The translations under genes and the position numbers were made by a program. The notes beneath the pieces are model-generated. The model worked only from the letters and a program-made list of their open reading frames with translations, was not told where the DNA came from and did not search any database. A DNA stretch of 61,546 bases, filler included. It is 4 parts of 4 records of this genome, joined end to end, with 100 filler letters (N's around TTAATTAATTAA, not from the genome) between each part and the next. Parts side by side here need not be neighbours in the genome. Positions count along the whole stretch, not along the records: positions 1 to 18,788 come from SRR31156797_16086; positions 18,889 to 40,287 come from SRR31156797_16089; 2 more parts are not named here. One strand, written 5' to 3'. How positions within the stretch are numbered: position 1 is the stretch's first letter; each line of letters begins with the position of its first letter. Positions 8,445 to 19,511 of this stretch are shown here, piece after piece.

Positions 8445-10964
8445 CTAACCCATATTCTTCTTAGTAGTATTCGTAGCCACAGCCTCATAAGGATCTTCAG
8501 GCCAGTAATGTTTTTTATATTTTCCTCGAAGTTCTTTTCTTACTTCTGTATATCCACTCTCCCAAAAGCTTTTTAGATCGTAGGTTATTTGTATTGGTCG
8601 CATGGCGGGGCTTAGGAGGTGGATTTGGAGTGGGATGGTATTGTTTAGTATTTTTGGAGTCTCTTTCATCCCAAAGAGTTCTTGGATCTTTACTGATATT
8701 TTTGGTTTTTCCATATCTTCATAATCTATCATGATGTTTGAGCCACTTGGTACGGTGATAGATTTTGGCAGATAAGTATCCAAGAGTTTTTTTTGATCCC
8801 ATGGGATAAGTGCTAAAAGGATTGTAAACATATCTAGATTTTTAAGCTGTCCTAGGCTTGTGATCTCATTCATATATGGAGCCAACCAACTCTCAATATT
8901 ATCACACAACCATTCCTCACTAAAGTCTACCTCTACTAAGTCTGGATTTTGTTTATTGATAAAGTTTACTTTATCTCTTAGTTGTTTTGCTTTTTTATTC
9001 CATGATAGATGGGAGAGTTTGTCTTGTTTTAACTGCTCTATTAAAAGCTCTTGGTGTTCCTCTTTTGTTATATCGTTTGAGATGTGCGCAAAGAGTTCAA
9101 GCTCTAAAAAATATGTGGCATCTTTTTTTTCAAACTTTTTTTTGCTTTTATGGTATTGGATTGTTGTTTTTTCTTTGAGATATGATGAAAAATACTCTTT
9201 GATACTCTCTAAACTTATACTTAGTGCTAAGTTTATAAATGAATCACGATTATGTGCATTTAGGTTTGCTACTACTAAAAACTGTTCATTAAAAAGAGAA
9301 TTGTCAGTGTTATTTAGAGTAGCTCCTTTTCCGTTACTCAGCTTATATCGAAGATCATCTTTTTTTCTTTGTTTTGCTAATCTATCAGGGTATGCAAAAA
9401 GTAAAAGTACTGAGAGGATCTCAATATTTAGAGTTTTATTTTTAGCTTCAAGCTTTTTTATTTTTTTAAGTTTATTATAGAAAAAATCACACTGTTTATA
9501 GACTTCTACAGCACTTTGTTTATTGATAAAGTTATGTTCTATATCGTTTTCAAAAAGGTGTGTAAATCTTTCTTTAATATCATCATTTTTATATGAGCTT
9601 TTAAAGATATCTTTTGAAGTAAGCAGAGAGCTAAGTAAACACGCTTCGAAACTTGCTCCCAACTCATTTGCCTTTAGTATCATAAAAGCAAATCTTGGGT
9701 GTATCCCTAAAGCTATGGCATCTTTTCCAAAGGATGTGATTTTGTAAGAGCTATCAAGCATCTGCAACTCTTGGAGTACTGTTAAAGTATCTCGTATCAC
9801 CAAATCATTTGGGATATCTAGCCATTTTAGATCACTTATATCATCCACACCCCAAAGTGCTAGATCAAGTAAAAGTGAGCTTAGATCACTTCGTAAGATC
9901 TCTGCTTTGGTTGAAGGAGCTAATATCTTATCTTGATGCCAAAGTTTATAGCATTTACCATTTGCTAGCCTTCCAGCTCGTCCACCTCTTTGGATCGCTG
10001 AGTCTTGTGAGATAAAAGAGAGTTCAAGATGATCCATACCATTTGCGTAGTTGTAGCGTGAAAGTTTTTCCATCCCAGAATCTATCACTACCCTTACCCC
10101 TTCAATGGTTAAAGAGGTCTGGGCTATATTGGTTGAGAGGATTATTTTTCTTTTTTTATTTGGGTGAGAGAGTATCGCTTTATCTTGCTCTTTTTTAGGA
10201 AGATTAGAATATAAAGGGAGTATCTCTATAGTAGTATCTTTGATCATTTTTTTAAGAGTTGTTTGTAAAGTGATTATCTCTTTTACACCACTTAAAAATA
10301 CAAGGATATCTCCCTCATCATGTTCTATTGAGTGTAAAATAGTATCTGATAATACTTTGTTCAATGTTTTATAATTAGGCTGTGTAATAGATTTTGGTAG
10401 GTAGATATCTTCTACTTCAAATACTCTTCCTTTTGAAGTTATCACAGGAACATTCCCAAGCATATTAATCAGGCTCTCAGAGTTTAGAGTTGCAGACATG
10501 ATAAGGATTTTTAGATCTTCTCTTAGTAACTCTTGAACTTCTAAAGTTAAGGCCAAAGAGAGATCAGTATGGATACTTCTTTCATGAAACTCATCAAATA
10601 TCACCATCGCTACATTTTCAAGTGCTTGGTCACTTTGAAGCATCCGTACAAGTATCGCTTCTGTTACTACAAGGATTTTCGTATCATTTGATTGACAGCT
10701 ATCCATTTTTATTTGGTAGCCTACTCTTTGTCCGATCTTTTCTCCTAAAAGATTTGCCATATGTGTTGCTACCATTCTTGCAGCAACTCGTCTAGGTTCA
10801 AGCATAATGATGATCTTTTCTTCAAACCATGGCTCATCTAAAAGTGATATTGGTACAACTGTACTTTTTCCAGCTCCTGGTGGTGCTTCTAAAATAAGTG
10901 TTTGGTTTGAAGATATTGTATGTTTTAGTTTTGGTAGTACTTCATATATTGGAAGCTCTTGCAT
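8445..10964 (-). CDS. hrpB: ATP-dependent RNA helicase HrpB
   Basis: APPGAGKST, EPRRVAAR, DEFHERS, MSATL, QRGGRAGR, and HrpB C-terminus LLSPAMRPIQIT.DL.SFW...RGKYKKHYWPEDP. Confidence 0.96.
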   Translation of the reverse strand: MQELPIYEVLPKLKHTISSNQTLILEAPPGAGKSTVVPISLLDEPWFEEKIIIMLEPRRVAARMVATHMANLLGEKIGQRVGYQIKMDSCQSNDTKILVVTEAILVRMLQSDQALENVAMVIFDEFHERSIHTDLSLALTLEVQELLREDLKILIMSATLNSESLINMLGNVPVITSKGRVFEVEDIYLPKSITQPNYKTLNKVLSDTILHSIEHDEGDILVFLSGVKEIITLQTTLKKMIKDTTIEILPLYSNLPKKEQDKAILSHPNKKRKIILSTNIAQTSLTIEGVRVVIDSGMEKLSRYNYANGMDHLELSFISQDSAIQRGGRAGRLANGKCYKLWHQDKILAPSTKAEILRSDLSSLLLDLALWGVDDISDLKWLDIPNDLVIRDTLTVLQELQMLDSSYKITSFGKDAIALGIHPRFAFMILKANELGASFEACLLSSLLTSKDIFKSSYKNDDIKERFTHLFENDIEHNFINKQSAVEVYKQCDFFYNKLKKIKKLEAKNKTLNIEILSVLLLFAYPDRLAKQRKKDDLRYKLSNGKGATLNNTDNSLFNEQFLVVANLNAHNRDSFINLALSISLESIKEYFSSYLKEKTTIQYHKSKKKFEKKDATYFLELELFAHISNDITKEEHQELLIEQLKQDKLSHLSWNKKAKQLRDKVNFINKQNPDLVEVDFSEEWLCDNIESWLAPYMNEITSLGQLKNLDMFTILLALIPWDQKKLLDTYLPKSITVPSGSNIMIDYEDMEKPKISVKIQELFGMKETPKILNNTIPLQIHLLSPAMRPIQITYDLKSFWESGYTEVRKELRGKYKKHYWPEDPYEAVATNTTKKNMG

Positions 10965-10985
10965 ACTGTTTTTTTAATCCTTTAT

Positions 10986-11618
10986 TTAATACTTCTCAAC
11001 CATTTCCATCCCAACTCGTAAAAATCCAGTAAAAGCTGCATTATCAAAAGTAAGAGACTTATCTACGTTTGATCGCATTGTATCTAAAGCTTTTGTATAG
11101 TTTTCATAAAACTCATAGCTTGGACGTGGTTTATATATCAAATCTTTTAGTTCAAAATATTTGATGATGTTTTTTGTAGTAGTTGGTTTGATAAAATATT
11201 CTTTTTCTCTATGGATACTATATGGAACTACACTTATAATAGTCCATTTCGCTAGATTATATTCAGCAAAAAACTCTACAAGCCCCTCAAGTCCCTCTTT
11301 TTTATTTCCATATAAAAGCTCATATATCTCAATACTTAGCATATCTTTTTCATAAGAGTTTAAAGTAGTGATTATATCTCTTAGTTTGAGTTTATCAAAA
11401 AGTGAGACCATCATAGATTTTTGGACTGTTTTAAAAAAGCCATCAACTGCTAGGTTTGGATTTGAAAAGTTTTCTTTTTTTAGAACCTCTTTTGCAAAGC
11501 TTTCTAGTTTTTCAGGTTTGAACTTTTTCATGGTAGGGAAAAAGTGTGCATCTTCAAAGCCTTTTGGATAGGTTTCTAAAAATTCTGCTTCTATATCTTT
11601 TAGTTTTTCTAAGTTCAT
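10986..11618 (-). CDS. Conserved hypothetical protein
   Basis: 210-aa ORF co-oriented with hrpB. Motif-like segments LAKWTIIS, FIKPTTTK, DNAAFTGFL. Function not recognised. Confidence 0.75.
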   Translation of the reverse strand: MNLEKLKDIEAEFLETYPKGFEDAHFFPTMKKFKPEKLESFAKEVLKKENFSNPNLAVDGFFKTVQKSMMVSLFDKLKLRDIITTLNSYEKDMLSIEIYELLYGNKKEGLEGLVEFFAEYNLAKWTIISVVPYSIHREKEYFIKPTTTKNIIKYFELKDLIYKPRPSYEFYENYTKALDTMRSNVDKSLTFDNAAFTGFLRVGMEMVEKY

Positions 11619-11682
11619 AGTTTAATTATAGCATATTAAGTAAAGAAGAGATACCATTTTATAAGAAAAAATGGGAGTATGG

Positions 11683-11934
11683 ATGTCGTATTTTGTTTAT
11701 ATTTTAGAGTGTAGTGATGGGAGTTTATATACGGGAATCACAAAAGATATAGCAAAACGTCTAGAAGAACACAATAGTAGTGAAAAAGGGGCAAAATATA
11801 CAAAAGCAAGACGCCCAGTCAAAGTTGTATATAGTGAATCTTCTCTTGATAGAAGTAGTGCATCTAAGCGTGAATATGAGATTAAGAAACTCACAAAAAT
11901 AAAAAAACTCCAATTGATACAAAATCTTATATAA
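11683..11934 (+). CDS. GIY-YIG nuclease, UPF0213/YhbQ family
   Basis: YFVYILECSDGSLYTGIT.D..KRLEEHN...GAKYTKARRPV...ASKREYEIKKL. GGAG RBS before the ATG at 11683. Confidence 0.92.
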   Translation: MSYFVYILECSDGSLYTGITKDIAKRLEEHNSSEKGAKYTKARRPVKVVYSESSLDRSSASKREYEIKKLTKIKKLQLIQNLI

Positions 11935-11949
11935 CAAAAGGAGATCACA

Positions 11950-13353
11950 ATTAATCTATTCTATGAAAATATTGGAAAAGAACTTGGATTAAGTGGTCTA
12001 TCTTCTATAAAGGTGATTCAAACTTTATGGAGTGGATATGGGGAGTTGGTTCGATTAGTATTTCAAGAAAAAAGTATTATTGTCAAACATATCAAACTCC
12101 CTCAAATATCAGAGCATCCACGAGGTTGGAATACCAATCTTTCCCACCAAAGAAAACTACACTCCTATCAAGTTGAAGTAAATTGGTATGAAGGGTTTAG
12201 CAAAGTAGTAGATGAAAGGTGTCGTATCCCTCAAGGTTTGAAATGTTTTCAAAAAGAAGATGAATGGCTTATTGTGATGGAAGACTTAGCAAGTATAGAG
12301 TTATCATATATGACAGATAATCCAAGTGAAAATCATCTAAAAGCTTCTCTTTCTTGGTTGGCAAATTTTCACGCTAAATATATGGGTACAAAAAGTGATT
12401 CTCTTTGGGAAATAGGAACTTATTGGCATCTTGACACTAGACCTGATGAGTTAGAGGTTTTACAAGATATTGAGTTAAAAAACTCTGCAAGAGAACTTGA
12501 TACAATACTTAATAATACAAGATACCAAACTTTTATTCATGGGGATGCAAAGCTGGCAAACTTTTGTTTTAATAGTGATGGAACAAAATGTGCCGCAGTC
12601 GATTTTCAATATGTGGGACATGGCTGTGGGATGAAAGATGTGGCATATTTTATGAGTAGTGCCATTGAGCCAGAAGATTGTGAAGAGATGGAAGAGTGGG
12701 TGCTTGATATTTATTTTAAAGAGTTGAGAAGTACATTAAAATATTATCAGCCACATTTAGAATATAGTGAGATTGAAAGAGAGTGGAGAACTATGTTTGT
12801 GATAGCATGGGCAGACTTTCAAAGGTTTTTAAAAGGGTGGAGTCCAGATCATTTTAAGATCAATGCTTATACTGACAATTTGACAAAAAGAGCTTTAGAG
12901 TTATTAAAACCCAATACAATTATTTTAAAAGTAGAAAAAGAAGAGTATAAAGAGCTTCTTAAAGTCTGGGAAAACTCTGTTCGAGCTACGCATCATTTTT
13001 TAAAAGAGGAAGATTTACAAGAACTAAAATCACTTATTTTAAACCAATATTTTGATGCAGTAGAATTATTTTGTGTCAAAGATGAAAGTGGAAAGATTTT
13101 AGGCTTTAGCGGGGTCTTCGATAAAAGTTTGGAGATGCTATTTATTGATGATAATTCAAGAGCAAAAGGTTTAGGCAAATTATTGGTTCAACATGCTATC
13201 TCCGATAAGAAAGTAAATAAAGTGGACGTAAATGAACAAAATCCAAAAGCTTTAGGGTTTTATCAGTATATGGGCTTTAAAGTAGTTGGGCGATCTAAGC
13301 TTGATGGACAAGGGAAAGCTTATCCTTTATTACATTTAGAGTTAAAGAAGTAG
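11950..13353 (+). CDS. Fusion of an APH/choline-kinase-like phosphotransferase and a YjaB-like GNAT acetyltransferase
   Basis: Kinase motifs VKHI, FIHGDAKLANF, AAVDFQY. GNAT motifs VWENSVRATHHFL, LEMLFI...RAKGLGKLL, VDVNEQNPKALGFY. The frame is open back to an ATT at 11950 with AAGGAG 6 nt upstream; the ORF track uses GTG 12013. Confidence 0.82.
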   Translation: MNLFYENIGKELGLSGLSSIKVIQTLWSGYGELVRLVFQEKSIIVKHIKLPQISEHPRGWNTNLSHQRKLHSYQVEVNWYEGFSKVVDERCRIPQGLKCFQKEDEWLIVMEDLASIELSYMTDNPSENHLKASLSWLANFHAKYMGTKSDSLWEIGTYWHLDTRPDELEVLQDIELKNSARELDTILNNTRYQTFIHGDAKLANFCFNSDGTKCAAVDFQYVGHGCGMKDVAYFMSSAIEPEDCEEMEEWVLDIYFKELRSTLKYYQPHLEYSEIEREWRTMFVIAWADFQRFLKGWSPDHFKINAYTDNLTKRALELLKPNTIILKVEKEEYKELLKVWENSVRATHHFLKEEDLQELKSLILNQYFDAVELFCVKDESGKILGFSGVFDKSLEMLFIDDNSRAKGLGKLLVQHAISDKKVNKVDVNEQNPKALGFYQYMGFKVVGRSKLDGQGKAYPLLHLELKK

Positions 13354-13355
13354 TT

Positions 13356-13557
13356 ATGAATATCATTGAGATCTCTAAGTAAAACCTCCAAAAAGCTCAC
13401 AAAATAATAGACGAACTTCAACTAAAGCAGATATGGGAAAGTTTTGGTGCTCAAATAAATTTAGTTGGTTTGGTACGGACAAATCTTTTATGGAGAGTTT
13501 ATGGATTGGTTAGAAAACAACTCTCTTCAAGGGATTGATGAGTGGGAGCCTTTTTAA
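13356..13557 (+). pseudogene. Internally deleted gene remnant (nucleotidyltransferase-like family)
   Basis: MNIIEISK*NLQKAHKIIDELQLKQIWESFGAQINLVGLVRTNL, then a frameshifted EFMDWLENNSLQGIDEWEPF*. These resemble the two ends of a family I recall with an LVGS..TGL...DID motif. Confidence 0.45.
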
Positions 13558-13602
13558 AAGTATAGTACACTTCTTGCATATATATTAAAAAGGGGTAACT
13601 AT

Positions 13603-14133
13603 ATGCAGGATATGACACCATACCTAGAGGATGATTTTATTATTTGGAATGGCACTTTAGGTATTCGAGATTTTGTTACTATTGGTGAAATAAAAACTGA
13701 CTCAGGACTCACAGAAGTGTGGCTAGATGAGCCTTATGAGTTTGTTGGACCTCTTAGTTTGGAAGAGCTTATAGCATGTGGTCAGATCAGTTTTGAAGCT
13801 TGTATTATAATGACAAAAAAAACTTGGAAAGAGGGAAAAGAGGCTTTTCAAGAAGCGGCATTTTCAGAGCAGTGTCGAATCCAAAGAGAATTAAATGAAG
13901 ATCTCAAACGTCATAATAAAAAAAGACAACAGTTTCTGCAAACCCAGTCTCTATATAGTGAAAAAGAGCATAGAGAACTTTTATGTTTACCACTTGAAGG
14001 AGTATTAGAAGTTGCAGAGATAAAAGCAGCTTTTAAAAAACTTGCAAAGACAGCTCACCCAGATGTGGGTGGAAGTCATGAGCTTTTTGTGAAAATCACG
14101 GAAGCAAAAGATATTTTACTAGAACGATTTTAA
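13603..14133 (+). CDS. J-domain (DnaJ type III) protein with C-terminal J domain
   Basis: EIKAAFKKLAKTAHPDVGGSHELFVKITEAKDIL, containing the HPD motif. Confidence 0.85.
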   Translation: MQDMTPYLEDDFIIWNGTLGIRDFVTIGEIKTDSGLTEVWLDEPYEFVGPLSLEELIACGQISFEACIIMTKKTWKEGKEAFQEAAFSEQCRIQRELNEDLKRHNKKRQQFLQTQSLYSEKEHRELLCLPLEGVLEVAEIKAAFKKLAKTAHPDVGGSHELFVKITEAKDILLERF

Positions 14134-14207
14134 AGTACAAACTATTATTCCCATTTAATTTAATATTTATTTAGATACTATTTATACATAATTCAATAAG
14201 GATAAGT

Positions 14208-17200
14208 GTGTTACTAATTAAAGGGTATTCAAATATAAATCTTATTTATGAAAGCTTAAGAAGTAAAGTATATGAAGCTATAGATGATGTGGATAAAAAG
14301 AAATATATATTAAAAACATCTTCAAAAGAGTTTCCATCTTCTAAAGATATAGCCCGAATAAAAAAAGAGTTTAAAAATTTACAAAAACTCAATATAGAGA
14401 CTATCCCTAAAGCTGTAGAATTGATACATACAAACTCTTCATATATTCTTGTAAGAGAATATAAAGAGGCAAAACCTTTAAGTTTTTATATGCAAAACAA
14501 TCTTTTAACACAAGAGAAAATAATAAATATCGCATTAAGTGTTTGCCAAACACTCCAGCATATACATGAAAAAGGCTTGATTTATCAAGATATAAACCCT
14601 AATAATATTTTAATAGATGATACTTTTACCCATATAAGTTTAATAGATTTTGATTCTTCTGTAGATATTCCAAAGATACACAATACCGGGATAGAATATA
14701 AAGATATTGAAACAACTATTGCTTACATGTCACCTGAACAAACAGGGAGAATCAATAGAAGTTTTGATTTTAGATCTGATTTTTACTCTTTTGGGGTGAC
14801 TTTGTATGAGTTGCTTAATGGAGCCAAGCCATTTGATACAAATGATCTCAATCATCTTATTTATAGCCATATTGCTATTAACGCGACATCTTTACATACT
14901 ATAAATCCAAGTATTTATAAAAGTTTATCTAATATAGTCGATAAACTTTTATCAAAAGATCCTGATAATAGGTATTCCAGTGCGTATGGTATTTGTAAAG
15001 ATTTTCAAAAAACAATTGAATATAAAGATGTAGAGTTTGAACTAGGCTTAGAAGATCTAAACAATAGATTTATTTTCCCTCAAAAGTTATATGGTAGAGA
15101 TAAAGATTTTGAGAAACTTTTACAAGTGTTTGAAACAACTATAGATGATAAAAGCTCCTTAGTATTTATAACAGGTGAGTCAGGGATTGGTAAAACTTCA
15201 TTTGTTCAAGAACTGAGTCAAGAAATACATTTAAAAGATGGACTTTTGATATCAGGAAAGTATGACCAGTACAATAGGAATATCCCATATTCTGCTATCA
15301 TAGAAGCTTTAAATATTTTACTACAACAAATACTTTTAGGATCAAAAGAGAGTATAGAAAATTATAAAAAGAAGATCTTAGAAAAACTACAAGACCAAGC
15401 TGGCTATATCACTTATATGCTTCCGCAATTAGAGCTTATAATTGGGAAACAAACAGAGATAGATGCAGTCTCCCAAGATGACTTAAAAACTGTTTTTGAT
15501 AGACTTATCCAAAAATTTATCTCTATTTTTGCTTCAAAACAAAATCCATTGATTTTATTTTTAGATGATTTACAGTGGATAGATAATTCTAGTTTAAACT
15601 TACTAGAAACTATAGCAAACACTCCAAATCTTGAATCGGTTATGATTATTGGTGCCTATAGAGACAATGAAGTGAGTTTGTCTCATCCTTTACATCAAGC
15701 TATAAAAGATTTAAAAGATAATAATGCAAAAATCTCTGAAATTCATCTAGGTTATATCCAGAGTGATGATCTTAATCTACTTCTATCAGAGATGTTTCAT
15801 ATCAGTAGTGAAGAAACAAAAGAGTTTGCAAAAATTTTGCATGATAAAACAAATGGAAACCCTTTAGTCGTAAAAACTACTTTAGAAAGCCTTTATAAAA
15901 ATCAACATCTATACTATAACTATGATATAAATAGCTGGCAATGGGATCTAGAAGCTATCATAAAACTTCCTCCAAATGATACTATTTTAGATATTATGAA
16001 AAAAAATATTGAAAAGATGTCTGATGAGTTTATTACTATTTTTAGTATCAGTTCAGTTCTTGGAAATAGATTCAAATACGATACCCTGAGGGAATTATTA
16101 AGTGAAGAGCTTAAAAATAAACTAGATGAAAACTTAAAAACAGCCCTTGTAGAGGCTCATATAATTCCAACAAATGCAAACTATCAATTCCTTGAAAATG
16201 ATCAAGACAATGATACGGATGAGTTGTATTTTGAGTTTGCCCATGATCGTATTCAAGAGGTTTTTTATAACTTTCTTCCAGAAGATGAAAAAAAATCTAT
16301 CCATTTAAAAATAGCGAATCATCTGTTAGAAAATCTAGATGAAGAAAATACCGAGTATATGTTATTTGAAACGGTAGGTCACTTTAATAAAGTGATAGAG
16401 TATATAGGTGATGATAAAAAAGAGAAGATAATCAAGCTTAATATTCAAGCTTCCCAAAAAGCAAAAAGTTCCATTGCTTTTATAGATAGTGTAAAATTTG
16501 CAACAACTGCTAAAAATATCTTAGAAGCAAGCAACTTTGACAAGGAGTATTCTTTATCTGTTAAGGTTTATATAGAGTTAGCTGAAGCTTTCTATTTAGC
16601 AGCAGAGTATGAAAAAGCAGATGGCTTATATAAAGAGATAGAATCCAAAATAAAAGATGATGAAAATATGCTTGTCCTTTATAATATCCAAGCAAAACAA
16701 TACCATCATCAAGGGAAATTTCATAAGGCTATTGAGATAGAATACAAAGCGATACAACTTTTAAAACTCAATATTCCTTCAAATGATGAGGAGCTGTTTG
16801 AGTTATTTAATAAAGAACAAAATACAATCAATGAGTATTTAAAAACTAATACCATTGAAGACTTATATTTTAAAGAGGATACAGAAGATAAAAAACTGAT
16901 CCAAACTTTAGAGATCCTTTTTGATATGTTTGTAGATAGTTATCTAGCTGGTAATAATGCTTTATTATGTGTCTCTGCTGTGTTGATGGCTAGAATATCT
17001 ATCCAAAACCCTAATAATAAAATGACATCTATTGGGTATGTTAACTACTCTACAGTGGTTTGTTCTATTGGGGATGATTATACCAAAGGGTATGAGTTCG
17101 GAAAATTAGCTGTAAAACTTTCACAAAAATATCAAATAGCCTATTTACAAAACTATACCTATCATGTTTTTGCATTATCGGCAAATCACTGGAAAAAACC

Positions 17201-18788
17201 TTTAAAAACGAGTTATGAGATATGGAAAGATGCTTCAAAACTCTCTTTGGCTTCTGGTTCCCCATACTCTGGGTATGTGTTTTTACAACTCTCACATGTG
17301 TTGTTTGCTTCAGGAAGTGTGCTAAGTGAAGTAAAAGAGCAAATCTCACAAAGCTTGGAGTTTTTAACAAGCTCAAAGCTTGATGCTATTGTGATGCTCT
17401 TAAAGCTTATTGTTTTACAACCAGTGAAAAATCTTGAAAGCGAAACACTCTCTGCTGATAGTTTCGATGATGAAGATTTCTCTACGAGTGATTTTTTTGA
17501 AACCTTTCAAGATGCTGGCTTTTTTATGGGCTCATATAGATACTCAGAGCTAAGATCAACATTGATTTTTGAAAACTATTTAAGTTTTAATGAGATCAAA
17601 GAGTATATGCAACTGATAGATGAAACACAAGCAGGGCAGATAATCATTTCGGATAGTTTATTTTATGCATTGCTTCATTTAACAAATATCTATGCGTACT
17701 CTAACGATAAAGAAAATATAGTAAGTTATATAGAAGAGGGATTAAAAAGAGTTGAAAAATGGTCTCTTTTATCTCCTGAAAATTTTTTGCATAAGTTTTT
17801 ACTTATTAAAGCGGAGCTTTGTAAGATCAACAGTAATTTTGATGGTGCAATAGAGCTCTATGATAAAGCAATAGACTCTGCTAAAGAAAACAATTTTATA
17901 CACCATACAGCAATAGCGTGTGAATTAGCAGGGAAAGCTTACAAGGATATTGAAAAAGTAAATCTAGCAAATATATATCTAGAAAAATCTTATAATGCCT
18001 ATAAAACTTGGGGAGCTTTGGCAAAACTAAATCAAATGCAGAGTAAATATCCAGATATAGTTGAGAAAATAAATAGTGTAAATTTACAAAAAAACTTAGA
18101 TAGAAGTATTAGTGTAAGTATGAATTCGACCTATTCAAATATAGATACTTTATCAAAAAATATTGATTATAATAGTATTATCAAAGCGGTACAGGCTATC
18201 TCAAAACATGTACAAATAGAAGAGATCGCAAAAGAGCTTACAAAGATCTCTGTTGAAAATATCGGTGCTACAAAAGCTATATTGTTACTAAAAGAAAATG
18301 ATATCTTTATGGTCAAATGTGTAGTCTATAAAAACGGAGAATTAAAAGCAAAATGGGTAGATGAAAAAAAGGAGTATTCAAAAAGTGTAAAACTTCCAGT
18401 AGATGTGATCAACTATGTATTAAACTCCCAAGATGATCTAATTATCGACAATTATGAAGAGAAACAACAAGAGTACAAAACAAAATCAATTTGTTGTTTA
18501 CCAATTATCTTTAAAAATAATATAAACGGGGTAATGTATATAGAAAATAATGAGCTACAAGGAGCATTTAAAAAAGAGAGTTTAGAGATGATCAAGATCT
18601 TTATCTCCCAAGCAACCATATCATTTGAAAATGCAAAAATATACTCAGATCTAGAAAATCTCAATAAAGAATTAGAAGATAAAGTAACCCAAAGAACACA
18701 AGAATTAGAACTAGCAAAAATAAAAGCAGAAGATTCAACAAAAGCAAAATCAGAGTTTTTAGCAAATATGAGTCATGAGATACGAACC
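14208..18788 (+). CDS. Hybrid Ser/Thr kinase - P-loop ATPase - GAF - histidine kinase, cut off by the contig end
   Basis: Kinase YQDINPNNIL, YMSPEQTGR, RSDFYSFG. Walker A GESGIGKT, Walker B LFLDDLQW, FAHDRIQE. GAF SICCLPI..GVMYIENN. HisKA FLANMSHEIRT at the gap. Confidence 0.9.
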
Positions 18789-18888
18789 NNNNNNNNNNNN
18801 NNNNNNNNNNNNNNNNNNNNNNNNNNNNNNNNTTAATTAATTAANNNNNNNNNNNNNNNNNNNNNNNNNNNNNNNNNNNNNNNNNNNN
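18789..18888. other. Artificial contig spacer
   Basis: N44-TTAATTAATTAA-N44 with stops in all six frames. Base composition changes abruptly across it. Confidence 0.98.
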
Positions 18889-19174
18889 CACTTGGGGTGG
18901 GTTGACGGTCATCTTTCCATTTCCGCGATGTAAAATAGAGGGAAATTGCGTGAGCGGCCTGTGAGCATTGTTGCGGTGTTTGATTCTTGGATCGGAGCTT
19001 TGAGATAAATAAGCGGATTTGCTCGGATTTGGTATCAGGCGGTGGGTATTTCCCGCAAAAATCAAGAAAATACCGGAGCCATTTTCGGTAATGGACATGG
19101 AAAGGCACTGGTACTGCGCTTTGTGGTATTGCTCTATTGAATTGGGTTAAGCAATTTTGTGGAGTCGGAAGCAT
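18889..19174 (-). CDS. Probable N-terminal extension of a Desulfobacterota-type integron integrase (SAM-like domain), cut off by the contig start
   Basis: HYRKWLRYFLDFCGKY...EQIRLFISKLRSKNQTPQQCSQAAHAISLYF resembles, from recall, the extra N-terminal domain of deltaproteobacterial IntI proteins. The catalytic domain is not in the window. Confidence 0.55.
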
Positions 19175-19511
19175 TGTTTTGTAGCCTACACCTATATGAA
19201 TAAATGGTGGTGATAAGGTGATAAGACATCGCTTTCCAGGCGACGAGCATAGAAGAGATCGGCTTGCGGGTCAAGTGAAAAGGAACTACTTCTGCGAAAT
19301 TTGGACAAAATCCGGGAAGTCCGTGGACAACTTGCTTAATTCAGAAAGATGTTTTCAAAAATAAATAATAAAGATGCGACCCTCATGTCTGTAAATTTTC
19401 AAAAGCGATTCTTATGAAGAAAAAACATTGAAAACGGTTACGGTATAAAATATCGTAATATCGGCGTTCTGAAAATGCCATTGCAAAATCGACAACCGAA
19501 AGGGGGCTCCA

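Noticed and set aside
18789-18888. TTAATTAATTAA flanked by N runs (also at 40288-40387 and 51540-51639), and the composition jumps across them
   Set aside because: These are identical artificial linkers joining unrelated contigs. They are not biological repeats or island boundaries, and no linkage across them can be inferred.
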